This document shows, in pieces, positions 19,783 to 29,306 of a stretch of DNA of 64,000 nt (position 1 is its first letter; the number at the start of each line of letters is the position of its first letter). The notes under the pieces are model-generated. The model searched no databases, was not told the origin of the DNA, and saw only the letters and a program-made list of their open reading frames with translations. A program made the translations under genes and the position numbers. The DNA is from an uncultured Planctomycetota bacterium (lineage in GTDB: Bacteria > Planctomycetota > Planctomycetia > Isosphaerales > Isosphaeraceae), in contig CAWGMQ010000004.1 of the NCBI GenBank assembly GCA_963823665.1, positions 640,001 to 704,000 of the forward strand, read 5' to 3'.

Positions 19783-20166
19783 ATGTTCATACCAAAACGA
19801 ATCACGATTGGGGTCGTCCTCGTATTGCTCGCCTTCGCGGCTGTGGTCCGACCCGTGCTGGCCCAGGATGACCGAATCCAGAAGATCGAGCAGCGATTGA
19901 ATGCGCTGGAACAACGGGTCACCCCTGCCGACAACTCGTTGGACTTCATCAAGGTGTACCTCCCTGCCGTTTTCCCTATCGTGGGGATCGGTTTGTTCTG
20001 CGGGCTCTGGGCGCGGAACTCCGGTCGTGACTTCTGGCTTTGGTTCACGGCCGGGCTTGTCTTCAGCATCTTCGCGTTAATCGCGGTCGCGGACGCACAC
20101 GAGAAGGACCAGAAAGCGAAGCGACTCGCCGCGAAAAACGCATCCAAAGAGGCGATGGATCTGTAG
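19783..20166 (+). CDS. Hypothetical membrane protein
   Basis: RBS gggag; signal peptide, short coiled coil (RIQKIEQRLNALEQR), then LWARNSGRDFWLWFTAGLVFSIFALIAV. Confidence 0.7.
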   Translation: MFIPKRITIGVVLVLLAFAAVVRPVLAQDDRIQKIEQRLNALEQRVTPADNSLDFIKVYLPAVFPIVGIGLFCGLWARNSGRDFWLWFTAGLVFSIFALIAVADAHEKDQKAKRLAAKNASKEAMDL

Positions 20167-20522
20167 ACTCGAACAGGGCAGCCGGCGAGGTTCACCAGGT
20201 GGGTGGACGCCCAAGGGGGCAAGTGCCAAGGACAATAAAATCTTTGCCGAGCGACTAGAGGGGGTTCGCGAGGGCCGAGGTCCTGTGTGGCAAGGCAATT
20301 CAAGGCCGCCGCCGCATATCCAATACCAGCACAAGGAAATCGGCACCCTGATGACCGAGCTGGGCCGTATCAAGAAGAGGGATGTCGTCACGAATGTGCC
20401 CTTCCCCGCATCAGTTGCTGGACCAGTTTTTGGGGAGCAGGCCAGGCTTGGGTGTATGGCGCGATCGAGGCCGGAGGATCAGGGACTAAACGGATAGCCT
20501 GGATCTGGGAATCGCGCGGGGT

Positions 20523-20738
20523 GTTTTTCCCTTTTTTGGCCAAGGCGCGCGCAGATTTGGGATTTTAATCGAGTCAGTCGTTGCAGCCCTTGCGACGTGA
20601 AAAAGTACCTCAGGATTTCTGGTCGACGAATCTGGCAAATCAGGGAAACCCGTCGCATATTAGCTGTAGCTCGATCTCGATCGCCGACACTGGAGTCGGC
20701 GCTCGAGACCACCCACCTCTGATCTGGAACCGCGAATG
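20523..20738 (+). repeat. ~210-bp leader repeat, copy 1 (no convincing downstream gene)
   Basis: Clearly alignable to 21473-21680, including ttgcgacgtgaaaaag, caggatttctggtcg, the hairpin cgccgacactggagtcggcg and gaccacccacctctgatct. Confidence 0.88.
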
Positions 20739-21067
20739 CTCTTTTCGTTTGCTCGAGCGTGTGCTCGAGGGTTCTCAGTGTGTTTCGATCATGCTCGTGC
20801 AGCGGGAAAGCATGGCGTGGCCTGCGCTCACGGCGGGGGCAGGGCGCGGGGTGCACGATCCTCGATTTTTGAGCGACGGCGAGGGTGGGAGGGGTGTCGA
20901 GGGCGGGAAGGGTGAGTTTTCAACCGGCGGGCCACGGGATCGTCGAGCGGGACCGGTGGCTTTATCCTCTTTGTTTCTCTGCATTTCCGTGCTGCTTCGG
21001 GGCGCTTCGGCCGGCCATCGCGCGGGGCTCCGAACGGCAATAAGAATGGGACTTTTTTGGGGTCGGG

Positions 21068-21097
21068 CGTCTCATTTCGTCTCATTTTGTCTCATTC
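21068..21097 (-). repeat. Triple decamer (AAATGAGACR)x3, copy 1
   Basis: cgtctcattt cgtctcattt tgtctcattc; the same array occurs on the + strand at 61490 and 62362. Confidence 0.85.
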
Positions 21098-21472
21098 GCT
21101 TATACTTATTTAGAAGGCGAGGCGATCTGCTTGTTTTTCAGCGTGCCGTCGACGCCGCGTCGGGCGACCGCGTGTTCAGTTATCATGCGACCGCGTGTTC
21201 ACAATTAAGAAAGAAACCGCGCAAAGCCGTATCTCGTGACGTTGCAGCCGTCTCGATTGCGCGATTGCAGTTTTTTTGGAGGCTTTTATTGCCGCGAGCC
21301 GAAACTGGGCACATATTATTACATGAGGACGGTCGGCGAACGCGCGATGCTGGCGCGGTAGCTCCGTCTGCTTACGAGCACGAGTATGAGCAACAGTGGT
21401 GAGTTCAGGCGACTCCCGATACGCGGCCGCTGGGACAGACCCCCCCTGGCCCCGCCTTGTTAAGGGGGGAAG

Positions 21473-21680
21473 CTTTTTCCCGGTTCTTGGCGGAGGCGCG
21501 GCAGAATTGGCGTATTAATCGAGTTGGTCGTTGCATCCGTTGCGACGTGAAAAAGAGCCCCAGGATTTCTGGTCGGCGCAGTGGCCAAATCCGGGAAACC
21601 TGTCGCATATTGTCTGTAGCTCGATCGCCGACACTGGAGTCGGCGCACGGGACCACCCACCTCTGATCTTGAACCGAGAA
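21473..21680 (+). repeat. ~210-bp leader repeat, copy 2, immediately upstream of ORF 21692
   Basis: See copy 1; it ends about 11 nt before the ATG. Confidence 0.88.
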
Positions 21681-21691
21681 TTGACACTGAT

Positions 21692-23686
21692 ATGGCCTCT
21701 GATGCACAAATCAATGCGAACCGGCGCAATGCGTTGCGCTCGACCGGGCCTAAGTCTCCGGAATCCCGGGCGAAGAGCGCTCGCAATAGTCGGAAGCACG
21801 GTCTTCGGTCGGAACGTGAGAAGCTCGCGCGGGAGGAAAGCATCGCGTACGAAGCGCGATACTTTCGCTGGGCCGCGAATTATGGGGTGGAGTCCGACCC
21901 CGAGGAGTTTCTGCTCAATGCCAACGTGTTTCTGGCGTCGGACATGGATCGGGTCAGGGGTGCGTATCTGGAACTCACTCAAAGCCAGGTCGACGATGCC
22001 GACAACGCGGAGATCAAAGAGGCGAGTGACACGGGCAACCGACTGTTCTCCGATCCGCGAGGAGTGCCGGTTTCGATGTATGGCAACCGTCGCTTTAACG
22101 GCATGAAACCGGGGGGACCGTCGTGGGGCAGCGCCAAAGCGCCGGCGCTTGACCCCGGGGAACTCATAGGGCAACTGGAATCGAGCGCGATGGGGTGCTA
22201 CTGGATACTGGAAGTTCTTGAGGAACTGCTGAAGCTGGCGCGGGAGTCTTTCTGGGTTGGAGGAGATCGGCTGCGGATGATCCGGCTGCTGGGGCGGAAT
22301 CCCGTGGACGCCGTTGCTGACCGGCGAGTTGCGGAGGTTTTTGCGGCGAGTCACGCGCTTCGGCCGGTGGGCAATGCATTTGCCGAGCTGGAAAGCGACA
22401 TGAGCGAGCTCGCAGCCGAGAACCAGGAGAAGGATATCAGGGCGAGGTGGCGCGACCTTTCGCGCAAAGGTGAGCCGGAGAAGGCCAGGCAGAGCCTGAT
22501 CGGCCTGGTGGAGGGCGAGATCGAGCGGGTGTGGGCGATTGCGGAGCAATATGAAGAGAATGCGGGTGATGAACCTGCGCGGACCCGGAGGCGCAGGAGT
22601 TTCGTTCATAGCCGAGAAGCCGATGCGATGCGGCGATGGTTCGTGCGCGCCAAGGGGTCGGTGGAGCGGGGGGGGAAGGTACTTCGGCAGGAGGTACGGG
22701 CGCGGAGGGCGGATAAGGATGCGCAGGGATTGCCGCCGGTGCCTGGGAAAGATGTTAGCCCGTATGATGGGCGGCCGGCGTCTTGGTGGAGGGAGAGCGC
22801 GGGTGATCGGAAGGCGGGACGGAGGGCGGAGGGCGGAGGGGCGGGTCAGGGGAGTTTCGTCCAAGATGGAGGGGGTGACTGTGGGAGCGGCGGGCTACTC
22901 GCGGCTGGGATTTCGGACGCGGCAGTTGAAATTGGCCGTGAAACTCAGGCGGACGGCACACGGAGTGTGCCTGCTACTTCAAATGTGAAGGGACGCGGGT
23001 GGGATTCGGTCTTGGTTGAGGAATCGGACATTCTGGCGTGTGGGGGGTATCTGCCCGAGAAGTGCATCGCGATCGCGGGTGAGAGCGATCTTGGAGCCGA
23101 GCCTGCGGCTGCGATGGGGGACGAAGTGCCGAAACTCGAAACGGCGGGTTTAGATCCTCGCGACGCTGGGAGCTGCGACATGGAGCTCAACGCGGGTGGT
23201 GTGAGCGAAGTCACGCAGGCGCAACTGGCGGAAGCTGCTGATCGGGGGCGGGACGAAGGGGTTGCCGCAGGCGGCGACGAGAGTCAAATCGGAGAAAAAG
23301 CGCCGAACGAAGCCAATTTTTGTGATGACGTGTGCATAGCACAACATCAAGAGATTATTGAAGTTCCGACGAATTCCGGCGGTGTTTCGGGACTTGATGC
23401 TTGTCAAACGAACCCAATTTTTTTGGAAACGAAGCCAATTCCGGCGGGTGGTCCGGAGGCGGGCGGAGCGGGAGGTTCGACCAAGCCGGAAGCACGACCG
23501 CTGACGGAAGGCGAGCGGTGGGACGCTTGGAGGGAGATCAGGCGGCGGGAGTGGGTTCGGTCGCGTGCGGAGCAAGCGGTGCGCGAGCGCTTGGCGAGGT
23601 TGAATTCGGGTGTCGCGAACACTGGCGCGGAACCAAATGGAGCGACGGGGGAAGTTATGGGGTCGCAGGATGTGCGGGGGCCGTGA
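21692..23686 (+). CDS. Hypothetical protein, 'NRRNA..STGP..N..KHGL' family
   Basis: MASDAQINANRRNALRSTGPKSPESRAKSARNSRKHGLR; helical core followed by a low-complexity C-terminal half. Confidence 0.8.
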   Translation: MASDAQINANRRNALRSTGPKSPESRAKSARNSRKHGLRSEREKLAREESIAYEARYFRWAANYGVESDPEEFLLNANVFLASDMDRVRGAYLELTQSQVDDADNAEIKEASDTGNRLFSDPRGVPVSMYGNRRFNGMKPGGPSWGSAKAPALDPGELIGQLESSAMGCYWILEVLEELLKLARESFWVGGDRLRMIRLLGRNPVDAVADRRVAEVFAASHALRPVGNAFAELESDMSELAAENQEKDIRARWRDLSRKGEPEKARQSLIGLVEGEIERVWAIAEQYEENAGDEPARTRRRRSFVHSREADAMRRWFVRAKGSVERGGKVLRQEVRARRADKDAQGLPPVPGKDVSPYDGRPASWWRESAGDRKAGRRAEGGGAGQGSFVQDGGGDCGSGGLLAAGISDAAVEIGRETQADGTRSVPATSNVKGRGWDSVLVEESDILACGGYLPEKCIAIAGESDLGAEPAAAMGDEVPKLETAGLDPRDAGSCDMELNAGGVSEVTQAQLAEAADRGRDEGVAAGGDESQIGEKAPNEANFCDDVCIAQHQEIIEVPTNSGGVSGLDACQTNPIFLETKPIPAGGPEAGGAGGSTKPEARPLTEGERWDAWREIRRREWVRSRAEQAVRERLARLNSGVANTGAEPNGATGEVMGSQDVRGP

Positions 23687-23860
23687 GCGAGCGCACCAGG
23701 CGCTGTCCCCCGGTAGCCTCGACTCTCGCTAAGAGTATTGTGAAGAGATCACGCGAGCCCTAAAGGGGCCAGGTGAGCCCTCACAGGTTCAAGAATGCCC
23801 ACCATGATGTCCAACTGGCTGCTACGCTGCGTCGCTCTCGCGCCTATCAGGTTTTCGTCG

Positions 23861-24913
23861 ATGATCAAACTCTTGCTTCGACTATGGCTCGCGGTCGCCT
23901 TGATCCTGGCGGCATCGACCGTGTTGCTGCTCACCGACCGTGAGCGTGCCCGCGGCGGGGTAAGACCCTCGCGGCCGAGTGAAGAAGGCAGCCCGGCCCG
24001 CACCTGGAAGATTGGTCTGGCCGCGTTCGTCGAGTCTGCGCCGATCGAAGAGGCGATCGCCGGGTTCCGGCAAGGCCTCAAGGAGGCCGGCCTCGTCGAT
24101 GGGCGAGACTTCACGATCAGCACCCGCAACGCTCAGGGCGATATCGGCACGCTGAACGCGATCCTCGACCATCTGAACGGCGATGACATCGACTTGATCG
24201 CAACTTTCTCGACACCGGCCTTCCAGTGCGCGCTGCGGAAAGTCGAGCGGAAGCCGGTCGTCTGCGCCGTCGTGTCCGATCCGATCACGATGGGCGCGGC
24301 TAAGTCGGATGTGGACCACCGGCCGAACGTGACCGGGGCCTACCTGTACTACCCCGTCATCCCCATGACAGAGCAGGTTCTCGCGGTCTTCCCCAAGGCA
24401 CATCGCGTCGGCACCCTCTTCTCACCCGGTGAGATCAACTCCGTTGTCGGCCAGCGACAGTTCGCCGCTGCGCTCAAGGAAGCTGGCCTCGAGCTGGTGA
24501 GCGTTCCGGTCAACGGTCCCTCCGATGTGGGCGAAGCGGCGCTGGCGCTTTGTCAGTCCAAGGTTGACGTCGTCTGCCAGATCGCAGACAACGTCACCAC
24601 CTCTTCGTTCCCGGCAGTCGCCCGCGCGTGCGAGATCACCCGAACTCCGCTCTTCACGTTCTCGCCGTCGCTGGTCAAGAGCGGGGCGATGGTCGGGTTG
24701 GGCTCCGACTATGCGGAAAACGGCCGTGACGCCGGAGTGATCGCAGCCCAGGTGATCCGCGGCGAGCACCCGTCGCGAATTCCGTTCCACCCATCGGACA
24801 AGCTCGGGCTCGCGGTCAACCTGGATAACGCCCGCCGGCTCAAGGTCGTGATTCCCGCCGAAATCGTCAACAAGGCAGACCTGGTCATTCCCTCACTGCC
24901 TCGCGCTCCTTGA
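23861..24913 (+). CDS. ABC transporter substrate-binding protein (PF04392 type)
   Basis: N-terminal anchor; NAQGDI, STPAFQ, VSDPI, NVTG, GTLFSPGEINS, VNLDNARRL. Confidence 0.9.
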   Translation: MIKLLLRLWLAVALILAASTVLLLTDRERARGGVRPSRPSEEGSPARTWKIGLAAFVESAPIEEAIAGFRQGLKEAGLVDGRDFTISTRNAQGDIGTLNAILDHLNGDDIDLIATFSTPAFQCALRKVERKPVVCAVVSDPITMGAAKSDVDHRPNVTGAYLYYPVIPMTEQVLAVFPKAHRVGTLFSPGEINSVVGQRQFAAALKEAGLELVSVPVNGPSDVGEAALALCQSKVDVVCQIADNVTTSSFPAVARACEITRTPLFTFSPSLVKSGAMVGLGSDYAENGRDAGVIAAQVIRGEHPSRIPFHPSDKLGLAVNLDNARRLKVVIPAEIVNKADLVIPSLPRAP

Positions 24914-24925
24914 AAAGCCGGAGGC

Positions 24926-24954
24926 TGGACAAACACAAACGGGCAATATCTAAT
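24926..24954 (+). promoter_or_regulatory. Putative sigma70-type promoter
   Basis: TGGACA-N17-TCTAAT (5/6 match to each consensus box), about 90 nt upstream of ATG 25042. Confidence 0.5.
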
Positions 24955-25041
24955 TGCTCCGTTGATCCAGCCGGCGGCTACTGCACGCTCATTGTAATTC
25001 CCTCGTTTCCCCGCCCTTCCTTCCCCCGCACGGATTCGTGC

Positions 25042-27081
25042 ATGATCAAGGTTTTGCTTCGATTGTGGCTCGCGGTCGCCCTCATCCTGGCGGCATCGGC
25101 CGTGTTGCTGCTCACGGACCGGCAGCGCAAGACGGGCGGTGCAGGATCCTCCGGGGTGGGCGCGGCGTCGCCCGTGAAGCTGCGCTCCATCGCGTTGTTC
25201 CAGCACGTCTCCCAGGCAACGCTCGAGGAAGGCGCACAGGGTGTGTTCGCAGGGCTGGAACAGTCAGGATACCAGCAGGGCCGCACGCTTGCCGTCCGTC
25301 GCTATTGCGCCGAGGGCGACGCCGCGACGGCGAACACGATCGCCCGTGAGATCATCGGCGGCGACGCCGAGCTGGTGATCACGCTTTCGACTCCCAGCCT
25401 CCAATCAATCGCCGCCGCCAATCGTGACGCAAAGCGTCTGCACGTCTTCGGAATGGTGAGCGATCCCGTCGTCGCGGGCGTGGGAATCTCGCGAGACGAC
25501 CCGCGCAAGCATCCGCCGTACATGGTCGGCCTGGGCACCATGCAGCCCGTTGCCGAAGTCTTCAAGCTGGCCCGGCGGCTGGACCCCTCGCTCAAGAAGG
25601 TGGGAGTCGCCTGGAATCCGTCGGAAGCGAATTCCGAAGCCTGCACCAAGGTCGCCCGCGCGGTCTGCAAGGAGCTGGGAATCGAGCTGCTCGAGGCGAA
25701 TGTCGACGGCTCGGCGGCAGTCCGGGAGGCAGTCGGCTCACTCATCGGCCGGGCGCCGAAGCGATCTGGGTCGGCGGTGACAACGTCGTGCTCTCCTCGC
25801 TCGACGCCGTGATCGGCCCCGCGCGGGCGGCGCGCGTCGCGGTCTTTACCAGCATCCCAGGGTGCGCCGAGCGCGGAGCCTTGTTCGACCTGGGGGCCGA
25901 CTATCACCGCGTCGGCATGTCGATCGGCCGGCTGGCCGGCCGCGTGCTCGACGGCGAGTCGCCTGCGGATATGCCGATCCTTTACGAAGTCCCGCCCGAA
26001 TTGTGGATCAACAGGGTCGCGCTCAAGCCCCTCGGCGGAGACTGGTCGTTTCCCGCCGAGATCGACGCCAAGGCCGACGTCGTGGTTGAGAAGGACGGTC
26101 CGGTCCGGCGCCGCGCAGCGTGAGAAAGAAGCCGGAACGCCCGCGAGCGCACGAGCCCGGCCGTCGCGAGCCTGGAAGGTCTCCCTGGCCGCGTTCAGCG
26201 AATCGTCGATCCTGGAGGAGGCGATTGAGGGTTTCCACCGCGGACTCAAGGAGGACGGCCTCGTCGATCGGCAGGACTTCAAAACAGCTTACCGAAACGC
26301 CCAGGGCGATATCGCCACTCTCAACGCCATGTTTGACGAGTTAAACGGCGACGACACCGACCTGATCGTCATTTTCTCTACGCCCGCCCTGCAGTCGGCG
26401 CTGCGCAAGGTCGCCAGGAAGCCTGTCGTCTTCGGGACCGTGCTCGATCCGATTGCCGCGGGCGCGGGAAAGTCGAACGCCGACCACCGTGCGAACGTGA
26501 CGGGTGTGTATCTCACGTTCCCCGACGCCGCGATGGCGTCTCAGGTGCTCGCGGTGTTTCCGAAGGCTCGTCGCGTCGGCACGCTGTTCGCACCCGGCGA
26601 GATCAATTCCGTATTGGCCCAGCAGCACTTCGCGCGGGCGCTCAAGAATGCGGGACTCGAGCTGGTGAGCCTGCCGGTGAACGGCCCGTCCGAAGTCAGC
26701 GACACGGCACTCGCGCTCTGCCAGTCGGGCGTCGACGTCGTCTGCCAGATCTCCGACAATCTGAACAACGCCTCCTTTCCGGCGATCGCTCGCGCGTGCG
26801 AGATGGCTAAAATGCCGCTCTTCACGTTCTCGCCCGCGATGGTCAAGCGCGGGGCGATCCTCGGGCTGGGCTCTGACTTCGCGGAGAACGGCCACGACGC
26901 CGGCCTGGTCGCCGCCCGGGTGATCCGCGGTGAGGCCCCGTCGCGAATCCCGTTTCACGCAACGACCAGGGTTCGACGTTCCGTAAACCTGGATAATGCC
27001 CGCCGTCTCGGAGTCGTGATCCCGCCCGAATGGGTCAAGGCGGCTGACCTCGTCATTCCCTCACCGTCCCCGGGCCAATAG
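25042..27081 (+). CDS. Two-domain ABC substrate-binding protein (PF04392 x2); frameshifts near 25752 and 26115
   Basis: ORFs 24910, 25788 and 26086 read as consecutive parts of one protein (..GRGAEAIWVGGDNVV..). The last part has no signal peptide of its own. Confidence 0.82.
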
Positions 27082-27091
27082 AGGGCTCTTC

Positions 27092-28357
27092 ATGGACTGC
27101 CAGATCCGCCGCGCCGACCATATCGCCGAGCTGGTGCTCGTCGGCAGCCTCGATTCGTCGTGGTCGTCCTATTTCTCGGACCGGATCGACGAGGTGATTC
27201 GCGGCGGCGCGCTCGAAGTCCGGCTCGATATGACGGGCGTTTCCTACCTCAGCTCGAACGGCATCGGCATCCTGGTGAAATTTCACCGCCAGTTGGCAAA
27301 GATCGGCGGCCGGTTCCGCATCGTCGAAGATTCGGATGCCGTGAGCCACGTGCTCAAGCTCACCGGAGTCTGGCAGCTCCTCCACGACGACGCACCGGCG
27401 CCCGGCCTCAAATCGGCACCTGCGGCAAAATGCGAGGCGATCGACCGCGAAGGCATGGTCCTGCAAGTCTTCCCGAAAGCCGCCGGCAGCCAGGCCGAGC
27501 GCCTCGACTTGATGGGCGATCCAACGCGGTTCGGCGCGGGAGGCTTTGACGCGACCCATGAGATCACCTGGAGCGCGGTAGCCGACGCCGTCGCCCTGGG
27601 CCTGGGCGCACTCGGGCCCAGCTTCGATGAGTGCCGCGGCCGATTCGGAGAATTCCTGGCAGTCGCCGGCATCGCGGCCTACCGCCCCACCGCTGGAACA
27701 GGACGGCCTGACTTCGAGCAATCGGCCGGGTCCTTCGTGCCCAAGGTGCGCATGCTCTACGGGCTGGCATTCCCGGCCCGACGAGCGGCTGTCGTTCGCT
27801 TCGAAGCCCACGGCGAGACCAGCGGCTCTTCCGTTCCCTTGAGCCAGATCGCGCTGGCCTGTCTCGACCTGGCCGGGACCGATACGGTCGGCCTGGTCAT
27901 CGCAGGCGAGGCCGAAGGGCTCGTCGGCGCAGCGCTGCGGCGGTCTCCCGCCAGTATTCCCGAGGGCGTTGACCCGTTCGCGCACCCCGCTGTGCGCGAC
28001 TGGCTCTCGCTCACGCCCGAGCCCGAGCACAGCCGGTGCACCGCCCTGGTCGCCGGCGTGGCCACCCGCGAAAAATACCCGGCCCTCTCACCATTCGTCC
28101 GGCCCGTCTCGAACGTGTGCTCGCCGGAGTTGCAAGGTCACTTTCACGCGGCGGTCGTCCCTTACCGCCCGCTCGCCGGCGGCCCGATCGAGCTCGGCGC
28201 GACTGTCTCGCACCTCTTCGAGCCCGGCCGCATCGACTCGATCCTCCACCTGATCGGCGACTCTCGCGCGATCGTCGGAGCGGGCGAGAGCACGTTCACC
28301 CGCGGCGTGATCTGGTACGTTCCGCTCGCTGTCGAAGGGAGGACGACTCCATCATGA
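27092..28357 (+). CDS. STAS (anti-sigma-factor antagonist) domain protein with a large unknown C-terminal domain
   Basis: GSLDSS, LDMTGVSYLSSNGIGILV (conserved phospho-Ser region), VSHVLKLTG; ATGA overlap with the permease. Confidence 0.85.
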   Translation: MDCQIRRADHIAELVLVGSLDSSWSSYFSDRIDEVIRGGALEVRLDMTGVSYLSSNGIGILVKFHRQLAKIGGRFRIVEDSDAVSHVLKLTGVWQLLHDDAPAPGLKSAPAAKCEAIDREGMVLQVFPKAAGSQAERLDLMGDPTRFGAGGFDATHEITWSAVADAVALGLGALGPSFDECRGRFGEFLAVAGIAAYRPTAGTGRPDFEQSAGSFVPKVRMLYGLAFPARRAAVVRFEAHGETSGSSVPLSQIALACLDLAGTDTVGLVIAGEAEGLVGAALRRSPASIPEGVDPFAHPAVRDWLSLTPEPEHSRCTALVAGVATREKYPALSPFVRPVSNVCSPELQGHFHAAVVPYRPLAGGPIELGATVSHLFEPGRIDSILHLIGDSRAIVGAGESTFTRGVIWYVPLAVEGRTTPS

Positions 28358-29304
28358 CGCTGCTCGTCGGGTCCTGGACGGTCGGGCTCATTCTGGCGAT
28401 ACTCGCGCTCGGCGTGTTCATCAGCTTCCGGATCTTCGCCTTCCCCGATATCACAGCCGACGGCAGCTTGACCTTGGGTGCCGCGGTCGCCGCCGCGCTC
28501 ATCGTTCGGGGCTATTCTCCCTGGGTGGCCACCGTCGCCTCGATGGTCGCCGGTGCGCTCGCGGGCGGCACCACCGGCGTCCTGCACACCCGGTTCAAGA
28601 TCAACGGGCTGCTAGCCGGCATCCTCGTCGCCACCGCACTTTACTCGGTGAATCTCCACGTCATGCGGCGGAGCAACATCCCGCTTCTGGACGCCCGGAC
28701 GGTCGGCACCGACCTCGCCCAGGCCGTCTCGAAAGTGACGGGCCCGGTCGAGTCCGTCTCGCTCCTCGGCCGGGAAATCCGGTTTGGCGATGTGGTCAAC
28801 CTGGTCGCCGTCGCCCTTCTCGTCGCGGCACTTGGCGGCATGCTCCGCGCGTTCTTCGCGACAAGCCTGGGAACCGCGATGCGAGCTACCGGAGATAACC
28901 AGCGGATGATCCGATCGTTGGGCGTGAACGTCGGCCGGATGATCACGCTCGGGCTGATGATGTCGAATGCACTGGTCGCGCTGTCGGGGGCGATCCTGGC
29001 CCAGTATCAGGGCTTCGCCGACATCCAGATGGGTATCGGCATGATCGTCTGGGGCCTGGCGAGCGTCATCCTCGGCCAGGCCCTGGTCGGTTCCGGCGGC
29101 CTGGGCTTGTCGATCTCGGGCGCGGTGCTGGGCTCGCTTCTGTTCCGGCTGATGGTGGCCCTGGCCCTGCGCTGGGGGCTCGACCCGAACGATCTAAAGC
29201 TGGTCACCGCCGCCTTCGTGTTCGCCGCGCTCGTGCTGCCCAAGCTCTTCGCCGGCCGCACCAGGCGCAATACCACGGCAGCAGTCTCGGCGGGAGGCGC
29301 CTGA
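28354..29304 (+). CDS. ABC transporter permease
   Basis: GVFISFRIFAFPDITADGSLTLG, INGLLAGILV..ALYSVNL, GTAMRATGDN, QYQGFADIQMGIG. Confidence 0.93.
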   Translation: MTLLVGSWTVGLILAILALGVFISFRIFAFPDITADGSLTLGAAVAAALIVRGYSPWVATVASMVAGALAGGTTGVLHTRFKINGLLAGILVATALYSVNLHVMRRSNIPLLDARTVGTDLAQAVSKVTGPVESVSLLGREIRFGDVVNLVAVALLVAALGGMLRAFFATSLGTAMRATGDNQRMIRSLGVNVGRMITLGLMMSNALVALSGAILAQYQGFADIQMGIGMIVWGLASVILGQALVGSGGLGLSISGAVLGSLLFRLMVALALRWGLDPNDLKLVTAAFVFAALVLPKLFAGRTRRNTTAAVSAGGA

Positions 29305-29306
29305 CC

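Noticed and set aside
20285..20410. Further RAYT fragment (gtgtggcaaggcaattcaaggcc resembles VWQGRFKA)
   Set aside because: Too short to support; the flanks do not continue the similarity.
20581..21402. 273-aa CDS
   Set aside because: It begins inside the leader repeat, crosses the decamer array and hexamer repeats, and has no protein-like motif.
25740..26125. Programmed frameshifting or three separate binding-protein genes
   Set aside because: No slippery heptamer, the later pieces lack export signals, and similar indels occur throughout the window.
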